Source of the DNA: Bacteroidia bacterium
Lineage (GTDB): Bacteria > Bacteroidota > Bacteroidia > UBA4408
Reading direction: 5' to 3'
Assembly (NCBI GenBank): GCA_035438985.1
Contig: DAORJK010000014.1
Span: 12,504 to 76,503 of the forward strand
Length of the DNA: 64,000 nt
Part shown: in pieces, positions 38,451 to 48,241 of the stretch
Position numbering within the stretch: position 1 is the stretch's first letter
Layout of the letters: every line of letters starts with the position of its first letter
The notes under the pieces: generated by a model
What the model was told of the DNA's origin: nothing
The model's database searches: none
Seen by the model: the letters and a program-made list of their open reading frames with translations, nothing else
Translations under genes and position numbers: made by a program

Positions 38451-39263
38451 ATGAAAAAAATTTACAGCATTTCATTATTTATATTACTCTGTAACCTTGC
38501 ATTTTCTCAAGAAATTGAACGTTGCAATTGTCCACAACAATCGCGTATTGGAAAAGGGACTTTTTACTTTAGCTGGGGCTACAACAAAGATTATTTTAGT
38601 AAAAGTGACCTACATTTTAAAGATGCCGGCGCGGGGAATTACGATTTTACCTTGTACGATATTAAAGCGAAAGATCGGCCCGGGTTTCGAAATATTTTTG
38701 GAACAACCTTGGCAGTACCCCAATATGTTTATCGATTAGGTTATTATTTCAACAACAAAAAAGATTTGGGTATTGAAATTAATTTCGACCATACGAAGTA
38801 TGTCATGATTAATAATCAAACAGCACGATTGAAAGGCCATATCGGCGGTAACTACTATGATGTTGACACATTAATTTCTGAAGATTTTTTAAAATTTGAG
38901 CACACGAACGGGGCAAATTTTTTAATGGTAAATCTTTTGAAACGTCAAAATCTTCTTGTATCAGCAAATAAAAAACATTGGCTTGGAGCTGTGATTAAAC
39001 CGGGTGCAGGTATTGTAATTCCTAAAACAGATGTTACCATTTTCAAAAATCATTTGGACAATAAATTTCATATCGCAGGCTATATAGTTGGTGTTGAAGC
39101 AGGTCTTAGGTATGATTTATTTAAATATGCATTTTTGGAATTCACAGGCAAAGGTTCATTTGCCAATTATACCGATGTGCTGGTTATTGGCGATGGCAAA
39201 GCACATCATTACTTTTTTACTGCTGAAGTAATTTTAACTGCGGGCTTTCAATTTGCACTGTGA
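38451..39263 (+). CDS. Hypothetical outer-membrane beta-barrel protein
   Basis: 270 aa. Signal peptide MKKIYSISLFILLCNLAFSQ, amphipathic beta-strand pattern, ends ...AGFQFAL. Lies 15 nt downstream of mfd. Confidence 0.4.
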   Translation: MKKIYSISLFILLCNLAFSQEIERCNCPQQSRIGKGTFYFSWGYNKDYFSKSDLHFKDAGAGNYDFTLYDIKAKDRPGFRNIFGTTLAVPQYVYRLGYYFNNKKDLGIEINFDHTKYVMINNQTARLKGHIGGNYYDVDTLISEDFLKFEHTNGANFLMVNLLKRQNLLVSANKKHWLGAVIKPGAGIVIPKTDVTIFKNHLDNKFHIAGYIVGVEAGLRYDLFKYAFLEFTGKGSFANYTDVLVIGDGKAHHYFFTAEVILTAGFQFAL

Positions 39264-40723
39264 GAACTGCTGCTAAACTTTGATTTTAACCAGGAGTTAT
39301 AATTTAAAATGTCACTATCAGCGCTAGAAGGAGCTAATTGATGAAAAGCAGTCAATCGCTTGTTCCACGCTTTACCTTCTTCAAGTGAAGTTGTCCCGAT
39401 CATTCCTGATATAATTTTAAGCAGTTCCCGTTCACGTTCATATATTTTTTCGCTAAGCAAGGATTTAAAATCTCGTTTGATTTGATTAATCCGATTTTCA
39501 ATAAATTCATAATCGTTCAGTTCATAACGAATCATTAATTCGGTCAACGATATTTTTAATTGAAAAGCCTGATCCAGATTTTTAAAATTCTCTTGTATAC
39601 TCATAAAAACTAGATGTTTCAGAGCCATTCTAAAGTTCTTTATTCCAAAATTCAATACTGCTAAATTGAGGTAAATAAACACGGTATAAAAAGGAAGCTC
39701 TTTAATCGCCTTCATCCCTTTTGCTTCTTCTAAAATATCAATTGCCTTTTGTTTATTATTCACCGAATAATTTATCATCAGTGAATTGTAGTAGTAGAAC
39801 AAATATTTATCGTACAGCAATCCGCCAAATTCCTCCATAGCATCTTTCAACTTCTCGGCATACTCTAGCGACAGCTTATTTTTACCGTTCTTAAAAAGTG
39901 AATTAATCAAATAGGTAAGCATTTGCAATTTTGTTTCATGGTTGGATTTATTAAACACATTCTCTTTCTGAAAAGATCGATAGGTATCCAATAAATAAAC
40001 TTCAAGCGAAGTATAATCATGTCGTTGCAATAAAATACGGCTTAACGATTGATATATTTTTAAACGTAGCTGTGTATTGTTTTTCAAATCGGCCTTGCTA
40101 CTGTATTCATCAATTGTTTTTTGCAATACTTCTAATATCTTTTGGTTTCCACGGTCGAATCCCTGCGAAACTTTAATTCGATAAATTAATACTGCTAGCA
40201 CATCGTCTATTTCTTGTATTTTTTGTAATTTTTTTCGATTTTCCTTACGCAGCGAAATATACTTTTCGGGATTTACTTTCATGGTTTCCTGCGAAAGCTT
40301 TATAAAATCAGCATAGAGTAAATCAAGCAACTCATAATTTTCAATTGCAAGTCCCCGCTTTTCAGCTTTACTGAGGTAATGAAAAGCTACTTCAAAGTTT
40401 TGCTTCCGTTGATAAATACGCGACAATATAAAATAGTGTAACAGTAATACTGAATCATCAAAATCAAAATAAAGCAAATTAAGACTTCGGTTAATGTCTT
40501 CAAACAAGCGATTTTTTAATCGGTAGAGCGAGTTTTTTGTGTCGTTTGAATAGTGCTTTTTATGAAACTTGTCTTCATCGAAATCAGTATAGTTTTTTCG
40601 TATCGCGTCAAAAAGTGCTACATCTTTACGCAATGCGCCAGCATTGGTTTGTGTTAGGTATAATTTAAAATGTCTTACCTCTTCCTTGCTTAGTTCGCCG
40701 ATTATTTGGTGTAAAATATTCAT
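39248..40723 (-). CDS. Hypothetical cytoplasmic all-alpha (TPR-like) protein
   Basis: 491 aa. No signal peptide, no nucleotide-binding or catalytic motifs seen. Repetitive helical composition rich in Lys, Glu, Leu and Tyr. Overlaps the convergent upstream ORF by 16 nt. Confidence 0.4.
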   Translation of the reverse strand: MNILHQIIGELSKEEVRHFKLYLTQTNAGALRKDVALFDAIRKNYTDFDEDKFHKKHYSNDTKNSLYRLKNRLFEDINRSLNLLYFDFDDSVLLLHYFILSRIYQRKQNFEVAFHYLSKAEKRGLAIENYELLDLLYADFIKLSQETMKVNPEKYISLRKENRKKLQKIQEIDDVLAVLIYRIKVSQGFDRGNQKILEVLQKTIDEYSSKADLKNNTQLRLKIYQSLSRILLQRHDYTSLEVYLLDTYRSFQKENVFNKSNHETKLQMLTYLINSLFKNGKNKLSLEYAEKLKDAMEEFGGLLYDKYLFYYYNSLMINYSVNNKQKAIDILEEAKGMKAIKELPFYTVFIYLNLAVLNFGIKNFRMALKHLVFMSIQENFKNLDQAFQLKISLTELMIRYELNDYEFIENRINQIKRDFKSLLSEKIYERERELLKIISGMIGTTSLEEGKAWNKRLTAFHQLAPSSADSDILNYNSWLKSKFSSSSHSAN

Positions 40724-40851
40724 AGTTGAATGCGTAAGATTAATTCAAATTTAATTATTTTCTGACAGAAACAATACTTACTTTTATTTTGGATTAAGAA
40801 CTAGCACTTAGAATGATCGTGAATAAACTACTTATAAAAACCATTAATCCC

Positions 40852-41538
40852 ATGAAACAAATTGTGCTTGCCCTTTTTATATTTCTTTGTACACTATGCA
40901 ATTCCTATGCGCAGGCAATAATTGGTTTCGATACAACTTATGCTATAAATATTCCCGATACTGTGCATCAAAACGACAGTATCAACTTTAAAGTTCGTTT
41001 AAAAAATTACGGAACTGTTCCAATTGACAGTATTGAAATTCGAAGTGGTGTTTTGGGTTCAGGCTTCATTAGCAGCATTGCTACAGAATTTACATTTCCG
41101 TATATACAATCAATTACACTGCAAGCCGGCGATACTTTTTCTACGCGTGTGTTAAGTAACTGCTCTCCTAATCGATTTGCTCTTGGTATCGACGTGGTTG
41201 TAATTTGGCCACGTGCTAACGGAGCACTTACACTCGATTCGCTAAAAGACACAATTCTGGTTTTAACCCCGAATCAAATTGCAGTGTTGTTAAAAAACAA
41301 TGGTTTTACTGTATTTCCCAATCCATTTTCTTCATCTGTACAAATACTGTCCATTGCCAGTGTCAAAGAAGTATTAATTTACGATAGTGCCGGCAAATGG
41401 ATGTGTACAAGAAAAAAAGACGATTGTATTGATTTATCTGATTTGGCAGATGGAATTTATGTGTTCGTATTACGCGCAACTAATGGAAGAGAAGAAAAAA
41501 TAAGAGTCATTAAAAATGCTTCGGCAACTACTCACTAA
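40852..41538 (+). CDS. Small secreted T9SS cargo protein (possibly CARDB-like domain plus type-A T9SS CTD), paralogue 1
   Basis: The ATG at 40852 gives signal peptide MKQIVLALFIFLCTLCNSYAQA (the earlier ATG at 40813 adds 13 non-hydrophobic residues). The mid-domain carries the motif LGIDVVVIWP. The C-terminal ~75 aa match the type-A CTD (FPNPFSS...DGIYVFVLRATNGREEKIRVIK). Confidence 0.6.
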   Translation: MKQIVLALFIFLCTLCNSYAQAIIGFDTTYAINIPDTVHQNDSINFKVRLKNYGTVPIDSIEIRSGVLGSGFISSIATEFTFPYIQSITLQAGDTFSTRVLSNCSPNRFALGIDVVVIWPRANGALTLDSLKDTILVLTPNQIAVLLKNNGFTVFPNPFSSSVQILSIASVKEVLIYDSAGKWMCTRKKDDCIDLSDLADGIYVFVLRATNGREEKIRVIKNASATTH

Positions 41539-41552
41539 GTAAAAATTCTACT

Positions 41553-42227
41553 ATGAAAAACAAACTACTTCTTTTTGCAACTATTGCTTGTGTGGTTTTA
41601 ATAAACCCTGCAAAGGCTCAATTCGCTAAATTGGGATTTGATTCGAACCAATGCTTTTTTCCGAATACCATTATTCAGGATTCGTCCTTTGTGAATTCAT
41701 TGGCAGTGATCAGTGTTAATGGTGTCCCCTATTCGGGCACGATTACCGTTATGGTAAGCACAATGGATTCCTCTGGAAATCTTACTTTGATCGACTCTTC
41801 TTTTTCACAACAAACCAGCGTAACTCCAGGAACTGCAACCAATTTAGTGTACTTGCAACACTATTCCTCACAACATTTTGGATTGGGGATTGACGTTGTA
41901 GTTATTTGGCCTAAAGCTGTGGGAACATTACCTCCTGACACGATTATATACACAGTGTTTGTTATGCCAAACGGAATAGCAGATTTATTCAACCAGGAAG
42001 GTGTTTCAATTTATCCAAATCCTTGCACTTCTGTAGTATCTATACAAAATAAACAGCCTAAAAATGCTATTGAACAAGTAAGAATATTTGACATCCATGG
42101 GAAGTTAATTCTTACTTCAAACACCGCCACACCAATTGATGTTAGTGAACTGAATGCGGCCAACTATCTGGTTGAAATTCGCTACAAATCAGGAACACGC
42201 AAAATAATGAAGATTCAAAAAGAATAA
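41553..42227 (+). CDS. Small secreted T9SS cargo protein, paralogue 2 of the upstream gene
   Basis: 224 aa. Signal peptide. Shares the GLGIDVVVIWPKA motif and overall layout with the 40852 gene. Type-A CTD (IYPNPCTSVVSI...ANYLVEIRYKSGTRKIMKIQK). Lies 15 nt after paralogue 1. Confidence 0.6.
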   Translation: MKNKLLLFATIACVVLINPAKAQFAKLGFDSNQCFFPNTIIQDSSFVNSLAVISVNGVPYSGTITVMVSTMDSSGNLTLIDSSFSQQTSVTPGTATNLVYLQHYSSQHFGLGIDVVVIWPKAVGTLPPDTIIYTVFVMPNGIADLFNQEGVSIYPNPCTSVVSIQNKQPKNAIEQVRIFDIHGKLILTSNTATPIDVSELNAANYLVEIRYKSGTRKIMKIQKE

Positions 42228-42294
42228 ACAGCTCTTTTTGAGTCACCTCGTTTTTCTATTTTTTTAAGCTCAAAAGCATTTTATCTTTGCCTCA

Positions 42295-44112
42295 ATGGCA
42301 AAAGAAATTGAACTTGCTTTACAACAAATTATTAAATCGCTTCCCGATAAGCCGGGTGTATATCAGTATTTTGATAAGGATCAAAAAATAATTTATGTAG
42401 GAAAAGCAAAAAGTCTCAAAAAAAGAGTTAGCTCCTATTTTAATCGTGATAATTACGAAAATAACAAGACCCAAGTGCTTGTTAAGCACATTTGCGATAT
42501 CAAAGTTATTTTGGTTGAAACTGAACTGGATGCCTTGCTGTTAGAAAATAATCTAATCAAAAAGTATCAACCACGCTATAACGTTCTTCTAAAAGACGAC
42601 AAAACCTACCCTTGGATATGCATTAAAAATGAGCGTTTCCCACGCGTGTTTTCAACCCGAAACGTAATTAAAGATGGTTCAATTTATTTTGGGCCTTATG
42701 GTTCCGGAAAAATGATGCACACCTTACTTGACCTTATTCACCACCTTTTTCCATTACGTAATTGTAACCTTAATTTAAATGAGGAAAATATAGAAAAAAA
42801 CAAATTCAAAGTTTGTCTCGAATATCATTTAGGAAATTGCAAAGGACCTTGCGAAGGTCTGCAAACTCTCAGAGATTACAACGAACAAATTGATGCAATT
42901 AAAAACATCGTAAAAGGAAATATTTCGGAAGTACAAAAGCAGCTTAGTACATTGATGCATGCCTTTGCTGCAAATTTTGAATTTGAAAAAGCTCAATTGG
43001 TTAAATTAAAACTCGAACAACTCGAAAAATATCAAAGCAAGTCAACTGTGGTAAACCCTAGTATTACCAATGTAGATGTTTACTCCATTGCGAGCGATGA
43101 ACAATTCGGTTACGTTAATTTTTTGAAAGTGGTGAATGGTTCCATCATTCAGGCACACACCATCGAGCTAAAAAAGAAACTCGATGAAAGTACAGATGAA
43201 TTATTACGTATTGCCATTACCGATTTACGTCTTCGCTTTGAGAGTGCAACGCGCGAAATTATTGTTCCCTTTGTACCCGATTTAGAAATAGACGACGTTT
43301 CTTTTATTGTACCTCAGCGAGGTGATAAGAAAAAGTTACTCGAATTGAGTGAACGAAATGTTGAATATTATCGAAAGGAAAAACAAAAACAAGCCGATTT
43401 AGTAGACCCTGAACGACATACTAAACGAATATTAGCTCAACTCAAAAAAGACTTACGTTTGCAAGAAGAACCTCGACACATTGAATGTTTCGACAATTCT
43501 AATTTTCAAGGTGCTTATCCGGTTTCTGCTATGACGGTTTTTAAAGATGCGAAACCGAGTAAAAAAGACTACCGACATTTTAATATAAAAACCGTTGAAG
43601 GTCCCAATGACTTTGCTTCCATGGAAGAAGTTATTTATCGTCGCTACAAACGTATGTTGGAAGAAAATCAAGAAGTCCCTCAACTCATTGTAATTGATGG
43701 AGGAAAAGGACAATTGAGTTCGGCTATGGAAAGTATAGATAAACTAGGACTCAGAGGAAAAATTACCGTAATTGGAATAGCTAAAAAACTCGAAGAAATT
43801 TTCTATCCGGGAGATTCTATTCCCATGTATTTGGATAAAAAAGGCGAATCGTTGAAAGTGCTTCAACACATTCGTGATGAAGCCCATCGCTTTGGAATTA
43901 CACATCACCGAAATCGACGTGATAAAGCAACATTAAAAAGTGAGCTCACCGACATCAAAGGAATTAGTTATAACACGGCACAAAAACTACTTTGGAAATT
44001 TAAATCGGTGAAAGTTATTCGAGAAACCCCAGAAAGTGAATTGGCTGCTGTTATCGGAAAATCAAAAGCACTGTTGGTATACACTCATTTTCATCCAAAC
44101 AAGGTTCAATAA
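42295..44112 (+). CDS. uvrC: Excinuclease ABC subunit C
   Basis: 605 aa. GIY-YIG N-terminal nuclease (PGVYQYFDKDQKIIYVGKAKSLKKR), UvrBC-interaction region, C-terminal Endo V-like and helix-hairpin-helix region. Confidence 0.9.
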   Translation: MAKEIELALQQIIKSLPDKPGVYQYFDKDQKIIYVGKAKSLKKRVSSYFNRDNYENNKTQVLVKHICDIKVILVETELDALLLENNLIKKYQPRYNVLLKDDKTYPWICIKNERFPRVFSTRNVIKDGSIYFGPYGSGKMMHTLLDLIHHLFPLRNCNLNLNEENIEKNKFKVCLEYHLGNCKGPCEGLQTLRDYNEQIDAIKNIVKGNISEVQKQLSTLMHAFAANFEFEKAQLVKLKLEQLEKYQSKSTVVNPSITNVDVYSIASDEQFGYVNFLKVVNGSIIQAHTIELKKKLDESTDELLRIAITDLRLRFESATREIIVPFVPDLEIDDVSFIVPQRGDKKKLLELSERNVEYYRKEKQKQADLVDPERHTKRILAQLKKDLRLQEEPRHIECFDNSNFQGAYPVSAMTVFKDAKPSKKDYRHFNIKTVEGPNDFASMEEVIYRRYKRMLEENQEVPQLIVIDGGKGQLSSAMESIDKLGLRGKITVIGIAKKLEEIFYPGDSIPMYLDKKGESLKVLQHIRDEAHRFGITHHRNRRDKATLKSELTDIKGISYNTAQKLLWKFKSVKVIRETPESELAAVIGKSKALLVYTHFHPNKVQ

Positions 44113-45371
44113 ACGACTAGTTTGTGCGTAGCGAGTGTTTGATTTGTACTTGTATAAATTCCAACAAAATAAACTCCTTTTGAGAGGGCAACTTTTACAT
44201 AAGTGCTAATGATTGTTTGTAGCACCAATTTACCGCTTTCATCAAAAATTTTTAGCTTGTTGTGATGATTACCTGATTCTCCAGTAATTGCAATTTCTTG
44301 AAGCAAACTGTTGTATGAAATCTGCCAATTATCATTTTTTGTTTCATCATGCATGCCAGCGGTAGTTACAACAATTGTATCAGTATAAGATGCAGTATCC
44401 TGGCACATGTTAGTTGCCGTTAATTTTACAGGGTACACACCAATCACACTATACACATGCTCAGGATTAAGCAAGTTGGAATTTGTTCCATCGCCAAAAT
44501 CCCAGTTAACCGAAGTTGCATTCATTGAAGTATTCGTAAATTGCAGGGTATCGCCATGTTGTGAGTAAGTAAAATAGCTAAAGGGAATATCGCCTGGTGA
44601 ATACCAATTAGACAAACTATCAAAAACCGATTTATTCGATTGCTGTTGTATTATTAAAGCTTCTGCTGTTGCAACTCCTGCAGGCACATAAATGTTTTTG
44701 ACCTTCGTATGAAAAAAACTCGAATAAAAAACACAAGCAGCTGCATATGAACCATAAATACTTGGATGACTTTCATCGCTTTGGTATAAATCGAAGGTTG
44801 GATTTTGTTGTATTAATTCACGCCATACTATCCCAACAGGCGCAACCGATGCATTGTTTTGTTGTGCCATTAATAAATACGAAGAACGCAGTCTTGATTG
44901 CATTCCTGCATAAGTACAAACAGGAGGATAGGCTGCGCAATTGAAAGCATCTCCGTTTTTACGACCCCAAGTCATATAAAAAATTGTTTGGGCGCAACTA
45001 TCAGCTGCATGCACCAAACTGTCTAACTTACGTGCATATGGTAATACTCCGTTTGCAACTTGAGAAGGCGGAAAGGATGGTTCCTGGCTTTGAGCTTGTA
45101 GAACGACATAATCCCAATTACCTTGAGCAATTTTTGATAGCGTAATTGAATTAATCGAATGACCATACAAATTCATTCCCCCGGGAACATTGCTATCAAA
45201 ATACAAAGAATCACCCATTGAATGGGCTATTTGAGAAACAAGTAAGGGCAAATTATTCACGTCAGTGTAACTATTGCCGATAAACAAAACACGTTTTATG
45301 GTATTGGCTTGGCCGGTATAAATAGCTTGAGTGAAAAATAAAATCAGCAAGGTTATTCGGCGAATACTCAT
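44106..45371 (-). CDS. Secreted DUF4886/SGNH-hydrolase-like protein with PKD domain and type-A T9SS CTD
   Basis: 421 aa. Signal peptide. SGNH block I LFIGNSYT and block V-like DESHPS. PKD signature WDFGDGTNS...HVY. C-terminal tail KLKIFDESGKLV...GVYFVGIYTSTNQTLATHKLVVY. The 3' end overlaps the convergent uvrC by 7 nt. Confidence 0.65.
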   Translation of the reverse strand: MSIRRITLLILFFTQAIYTGQANTIKRVLFIGNSYTDVNNLPLLVSQIAHSMGDSLYFDSNVPGGMNLYGHSINSITLSKIAQGNWDYVVLQAQSQEPSFPPSQVANGVLPYARKLDSLVHAADSCAQTIFYMTWGRKNGDAFNCAAYPPVCTYAGMQSRLRSSYLLMAQQNNASVAPVGIVWRELIQQNPTFDLYQSDESHPSIYGSYAAACVFYSSFFHTKVKNIYVPAGVATAEALIIQQQSNKSVFDSLSNWYSPGDIPFSYFTYSQHGDTLQFTNTSMNATSVNWDFGDGTNSNLLNPEHVYSVIGVYPVKLTATNMCQDTASYTDTIVVTTAGMHDETKNDNWQISYNSLLQEIAITGESGNHHNKLKIFDESGKLVLQTIISTYVKVALSKGVYFVGIYTSTNQTLATHKLVVY

Positions 45372-45374
45372 GGC

Positions 45375-46370
45375 TTAACTTAATTTTTCGGTAAGTAATT
45401 TTATTTCAATACCCGGAGATATTTTTTCATAAATAATATTGTATACCGCATTAGTAATTGGCATACTAACTTGATAGACTTTATTAATTTCGTGAATGCA
45501 TTTTACAGCGTAGTAACCTTCGGCAATCATTTCCATTTCCATTTGTGCAAACTTCACCGAATAACCCTTTCCCAGCATATTTCCAAAAGTACGGTTTCGA
45601 CTAAATTGGGAATAAGCAGTAACTAATAAATCGCCTAAATAAGCCGAACTTTTTATATCGCGGTCTATGGGATGTACCGCATCAACAAAGCGTTTTATTT
45701 CTTGAATAGCATTGGAAATTAATACCGCCTGAAAATTATCGCCGTATCCAAGTCCGTGACAAATACCACTTGCAATAGCAAATACATTTTTTAAGACAGC
45801 TGCGTATTCGGTTCCGTAAATATCATCGCTTACGGTTGCTTTAATGTATCGACAACTTAAATAATTCACCAGAAGCCTTGATATACTTTCCTTTTGGGAT
45901 GCGATGGTTAAATAGGAAAGCTTTTCCATGGCCACTTCTTCAGCATGGCATGGGCCTGAAATAACACCAAAATTTTCAAATGGAACCTGGTATTTCTTAT
46001 TAAAAAATTCACCGATGATTAAGTTTCCGTCGGGCACAATTCCTTTAATTGCACTAATGATGATTTTATCCTTTAAGGAATCTGATGTAATTGACTTCAA
46101 GGATTCTTCAATAAAAGCGGCAGGAACCGCCATCACTAATATATCGAATTGCTTAACGAGAGAATTAAGGTCGGCATCAATTACTAATTTGTCTACATCA
46201 AATTCAACAGAACTTAAGTAATGTGGATTGTGTTTGAATTTTTTTATAAACGTAACAGAATCCTTGCTCCGCATCCACCAGCCAACTTGTTCGACATTAT
46301 TTAACAGCATTTTTACAATTGCCGTAGCCCAGCTACCACCGCCAATTACTGCTATTGATTTAGTTTCCAT
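45375..46370 (-). CDS. gpsA: NAD(P)H-dependent glycerol-3-phosphate dehydrogenase
   Basis: 331 aa. N-terminal Rossmann motif IAVIGGGSWATAIV, plus a conserved substrate-binding region. Confidence 0.88.
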   Translation of the reverse strand: METKSIAVIGGGSWATAIVKMLLNNVEQVGWWMRSKDSVTFIKKFKHNPHYLSSVEFDVDKLVIDADLNSLVKQFDILVMAVPAAFIEESLKSITSDSLKDKIIISAIKGIVPDGNLIIGEFFNKKYQVPFENFGVISGPCHAEEVAMEKLSYLTIASQKESISRLLVNYLSCRYIKATVSDDIYGTEYAAVLKNVFAIASGICHGLGYGDNFQAVLISNAIQEIKRFVDAVHPIDRDIKSSAYLGDLLVTAYSQFSRNRTFGNMLGKGYSVKFAQMEMEMIAEGYYAVKCIHEINKVYQVSMPITNAVYNIIYEKISPGIEIKLLTEKLS

Positions 46371-48234
46371 ATAATTTTTGCTGCTGATTTTCAGCTAAGG
46401 TAATTATTTGCCATTTAAATAATACAGTAGGTTGAACCAAAGTAGAATCACTGCACCTAAATTTAATTTCACTCACTTTTCTCCCTTTTAGTCCATCGCT
46501 AATTCGCTCAATTAGCGGATTCACCCACAAACCGTTTACTGCGTTTTCAGGAATAATACGATAGGTTTTTTGATCTCCATTATCCATTTTATAATCCATA
46601 AAATACACGGCATCCCTGTAAATAGCTTTCCTGAGATTACCTAAAAAATTACTTTTAAAGAATGTTTTAATTCGAATAATGCCCAACGAATCAGTTGGTA
46701 CTGCAATCCATTTATTCCATTCTCCGGATTGCTCATCCCCTTCCACAATAAAGTCAAAATTGAGCCGCTCACTTCGCTTAAATAACACATGCTCCGAATC
46801 GGAATAGAGTAGTTGATACTTATTAAATAAAGTAAAAATAGTATGGGGTTCGTCGTTTAAAAAATAACGATTGTCAAAGCAATCTACTCCGCCTTTCGGT
46901 TTGTCCATGTCCCACAAATAATAGTTTGCCGCTTTGTTGGATGCAATAAATTTTGCATTATTTTCATCCAGCCAAGGAGTATAAGCCCCGCTTTGTAAAT
47001 TCGGGCGAGGCTGCCAATTAAGCTTATTAGCTGCGACATAGGTTAGCTCCCAAGGAAAAAAATCAACGGTTGCTGTACCAATCTTTTCAATAATTGAAGG
47101 GTTTAAAACACGCGGTTGCAAATTTTTATTTGATTGCTCATTCGCTTCCTTTAAAAGTGTTTTGTGCTGAAAACAAACACGTACAAAATTCTTATATCCA
47201 TCGAATGGAATTTGTGTTTCAAGTGTATACATTCCAGTTGCTTTCATGCTTTGAAAAAACAGTAAAACAGAAAGCACCAATAAGGCCAATGACACAATTT
47301 TAATTGGCTTTGAAAGTAAAATTACCAAAGCTGAAAAAAGTAAAAGGTAATCGAAAAAAAACTTAAGGTGATAATTTTCTTCACGCGAAAAAGCATATTT
47401 CCAAGCTGCAAGCAAAGCGAGTATGGATATAAGATATAAAAGAGAGATTGTTTTCTGTCGCAAGACAATTGGTATTGAAAAAAAGCAAGCTGCAAAACAA
47501 AAAAGTAAATACCAATTATTTGAAACTTCCAGAATCATTGCACTCGAATTTCCGACACTCAATTGCCAAGTTCCAACTAAGTAAGCATAAACACCATTCA
47601 CATTTCCGTATCGCGCAAACCAAATCACTAAAAAGAAAAGCACAGCCGAAAAAAGTATGACCGAAACATGATCAAGATTTTTGGTTTTTACCCAACTGTA
47701 TATGCCATAACTTCCCAGTATTGAAAGACTCATCAAACCAAAGGATGATTTAACAAACAAGGCCGTTATAGATAGCACAGCACCAAGTATTAACAACCAG
47801 TTTCTGTTATTAAGGTGGTGCAATAACATACAAATACTTACTGATCCAACGAATACAAAATCGAGATAAAACCAACTACTTACTGCAAAAGCTAACATGC
47901 AATGCAGTATCCAATAGCTTGAATTAACTTGCTTTCCCAAATAAATAAATAGAACAATAAATAAAAAACGCAGCAAGGATACTACCACCACCCCTATCAA
48001 AAAATTATGCGCTATAGCTTGCGGAAAATACAAAAACCCCAAAGGGCCATAGGTGTAAATTACCTCTGTTCCAAAAGGAATGCGGTGTGCAAAAATATAA
48101 TTGAGTCCAAAAGCATACGAAGGATCCAGACCTGTTTCGATGGTAGGATTAAAGGCATAGAACGATCCAATAAATACCAAAAATGAAAGCGGAAACAAAT
48201 AATTAAAAGGGATTTGCAGTGCTTTCAAATTCAA
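46360..48234 (-). CDS. Polytopic inner-membrane protein of unknown function (about 11 TM helices plus about 280-aa C-terminal soluble domain); possibly GT-C-like
   Basis: 624 aa. Many hydrophobic helices through residue ~330, then a hydrophilic C-terminal domain. No soluble-enzyme motifs were recognised. Overlaps the gpsA start by 11 nt. Confidence 0.45.
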   Translation of the reverse strand: MNLKALQIPFNYLFPLSFLVFIGSFYAFNPTIETGLDPSYAFGLNYIFAHRIPFGTEVIYTYGPLGFLYFPQAIAHNFLIGVVVVSLLRFLFIVLFIYLGKQVNSSYWILHCMLAFAVSSWFYLDFVFVGSVSICMLLHHLNNRNWLLILGAVLSITALFVKSSFGLMSLSILGSYGIYSWVKTKNLDHVSVILFSAVLFFLVIWFARYGNVNGVYAYLVGTWQLSVGNSSAMILEVSNNWYLLFCFAACFFSIPIVLRQKTISLLYLISILALLAAWKYAFSREENYHLKFFFDYLLLFSALVILLSKPIKIVSLALLVLSVLLFFQSMKATGMYTLETQIPFDGYKNFVRVCFQHKTLLKEANEQSNKNLQPRVLNPSIIEKIGTATVDFFPWELTYVAANKLNWQPRPNLQSGAYTPWLDENNAKFIASNKAANYYLWDMDKPKGGVDCFDNRYFLNDEPHTIFTLFNKYQLLYSDSEHVLFKRSERLNFDFIVEGDEQSGEWNKWIAVPTDSLGIIRIKTFFKSNFLGNLRKAIYRDAVYFMDYKMDNGDQKTYRIIPENAVNGLWVNPLIERISDGLKGRKVSEIKFRCSDSTLVQPTVLFKWQIITLAENQQQKLYGN

Positions 48235-48241
48235 CTAGTAA

